Shown: positions 44,344 to 44,769 of the stretch, one piece after another
Numbering within the stretch: the stretch's first letter is position 1
Layout: every line of letters starts with the position of its first letter
Assembly: GCA_965368515.1 (NCBI GenBank)
Contig: CBDUNF010000003.1
Span: 1-44,769 of the forward strand
Length of the DNA: 44,769 nucleotides
DNA from: an uncultured bacterium
GTDB lineage: Bacteria > Actinomycetota > Acidimicrobiia > Spongiisociales > UBA5794
Direction: 5' to 3'
The notes under the pieces: model-generated
The model's database searches: none
What the model was told of the DNA's origin: nothing
The model's input: the letters and a program-made list of their open reading frames with translations, nothing else
Translations under genes and position numbers: made by a program

Positions 44344-44769
44344 ATGACCCTTGCTAGAGAAACCCTCATCGATCTGTGGACCCGGATGGTGAGGATCCGC
44401 CGGTTCGAAGACCGTGTGGCAAGCATCGCGGCCAACAATGAGGCCGACGGTTTCCTGCACACCTACTCCGGCCAGGAGGCCGTTGCCTGTGGTGTGCTCC
44501 CATTGCTAAACGATGGCGACACATTCACTTCCACCTATCGCAACCACGGACACGCCATTGGGCGCGATATTCCGCTCGAGGGTTTGGCAGGAGAGGTCTA
44601 CGGCAAGGCAAACGGCGTGTGCCGCGGCAAGGGCGGCTCAATGCATGTGGCGGATCAAGACTATGGAATGATCGGCGGCATGGGAATCGTCGCCGGCGGT
44701 CTTCCCATCGCTACCGGAGCCGCCTATGGGTACAAGTACCTGGGACGTGACAATGTTTCTGTAGCGTTC
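44344..44769 (+). CDS. ThDP-dependent dehydrogenase E1 alpha subunit (pyruvate/acetoin dehydrogenase-like); runs off the window
   Basis: Not in the ORF track. Manual translation from ATG 44344 (AAGGAG SD) gives MTLARETLIDLWTRMVRIRRFE...GFLHTYSGQEAVACG...STYRNHGH...GVCRGKGGSMH...GIVAGGLPIATGAA. Confidence 0.93.
   Translation, partial: MTLARETLIDLWTRMVRIRRFEDRVASIAANNEADGFLHTYSGQEAVACGVLPLLNDGDTFTSTYRNHGHAIGRDIPLEGLAGEVYGKANGVCRGKGGSMHVADQDYGMIGGMGIVAGGLPIATGAAYGYKYLGRDNVSVAF

Noticed and set aside
1-44769. Mobile elements, prophage, defence systems, tRNA/rRNA
   Set aside because: I recognised no transposase, integrase, phage structural, restriction/abortive-infection or structural RNA signatures.

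Overview
This is a GC-rich, gene-dense chromosomal window with an actinobacterial character, most like Acidimicrobiia. That assignment is an inference from the Thr-rich lipoproteins, tipA, the vdh neighbourhood and frequent leaderless starts. I see no rRNA, tRNA, CRISPR array, transposase or integrase. From the left, the window holds a partial Leu/Val dehydrogenase, a conserved hypothetical gene, ppc, two tandem asparagine-synthetase-like genes converging on a flippase-like membrane gene, an ABC-2 exporter and tipA with its MerR promoter. Next come two orphan histidine kinases sharing a duplicated Cys/His-rich sensor, lutABC, a HAD-DMT-haloalkane dehalogenase run, GNAT, M23 and membrane genes, and an intergenic twin hairpin with CU-rich loops (candidate sRNA). 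After that are an arsR-arsP-thioredoxin-cytochrome c unit, an FAD oxidase/HxlR pair and a histidine kinase pseudogene opposite a lone receiver. From 32078 to the window end is a >12.6 kb co-directional cluster: SorC regulator, ketose 3-epimerase, DhaK/DhaL, L-fucose-isomerase-like protein, YnjB-type ABC importer, class I aldolase, atypical nucleoside hydrolase, nucleoside phosphorylase and ThDP E1-alpha. This cluster is the best candidate for an undescribed catabolic pathway for an unusual nucleoside or its sugar. All calls come from reading motifs by eye; no searches were run.
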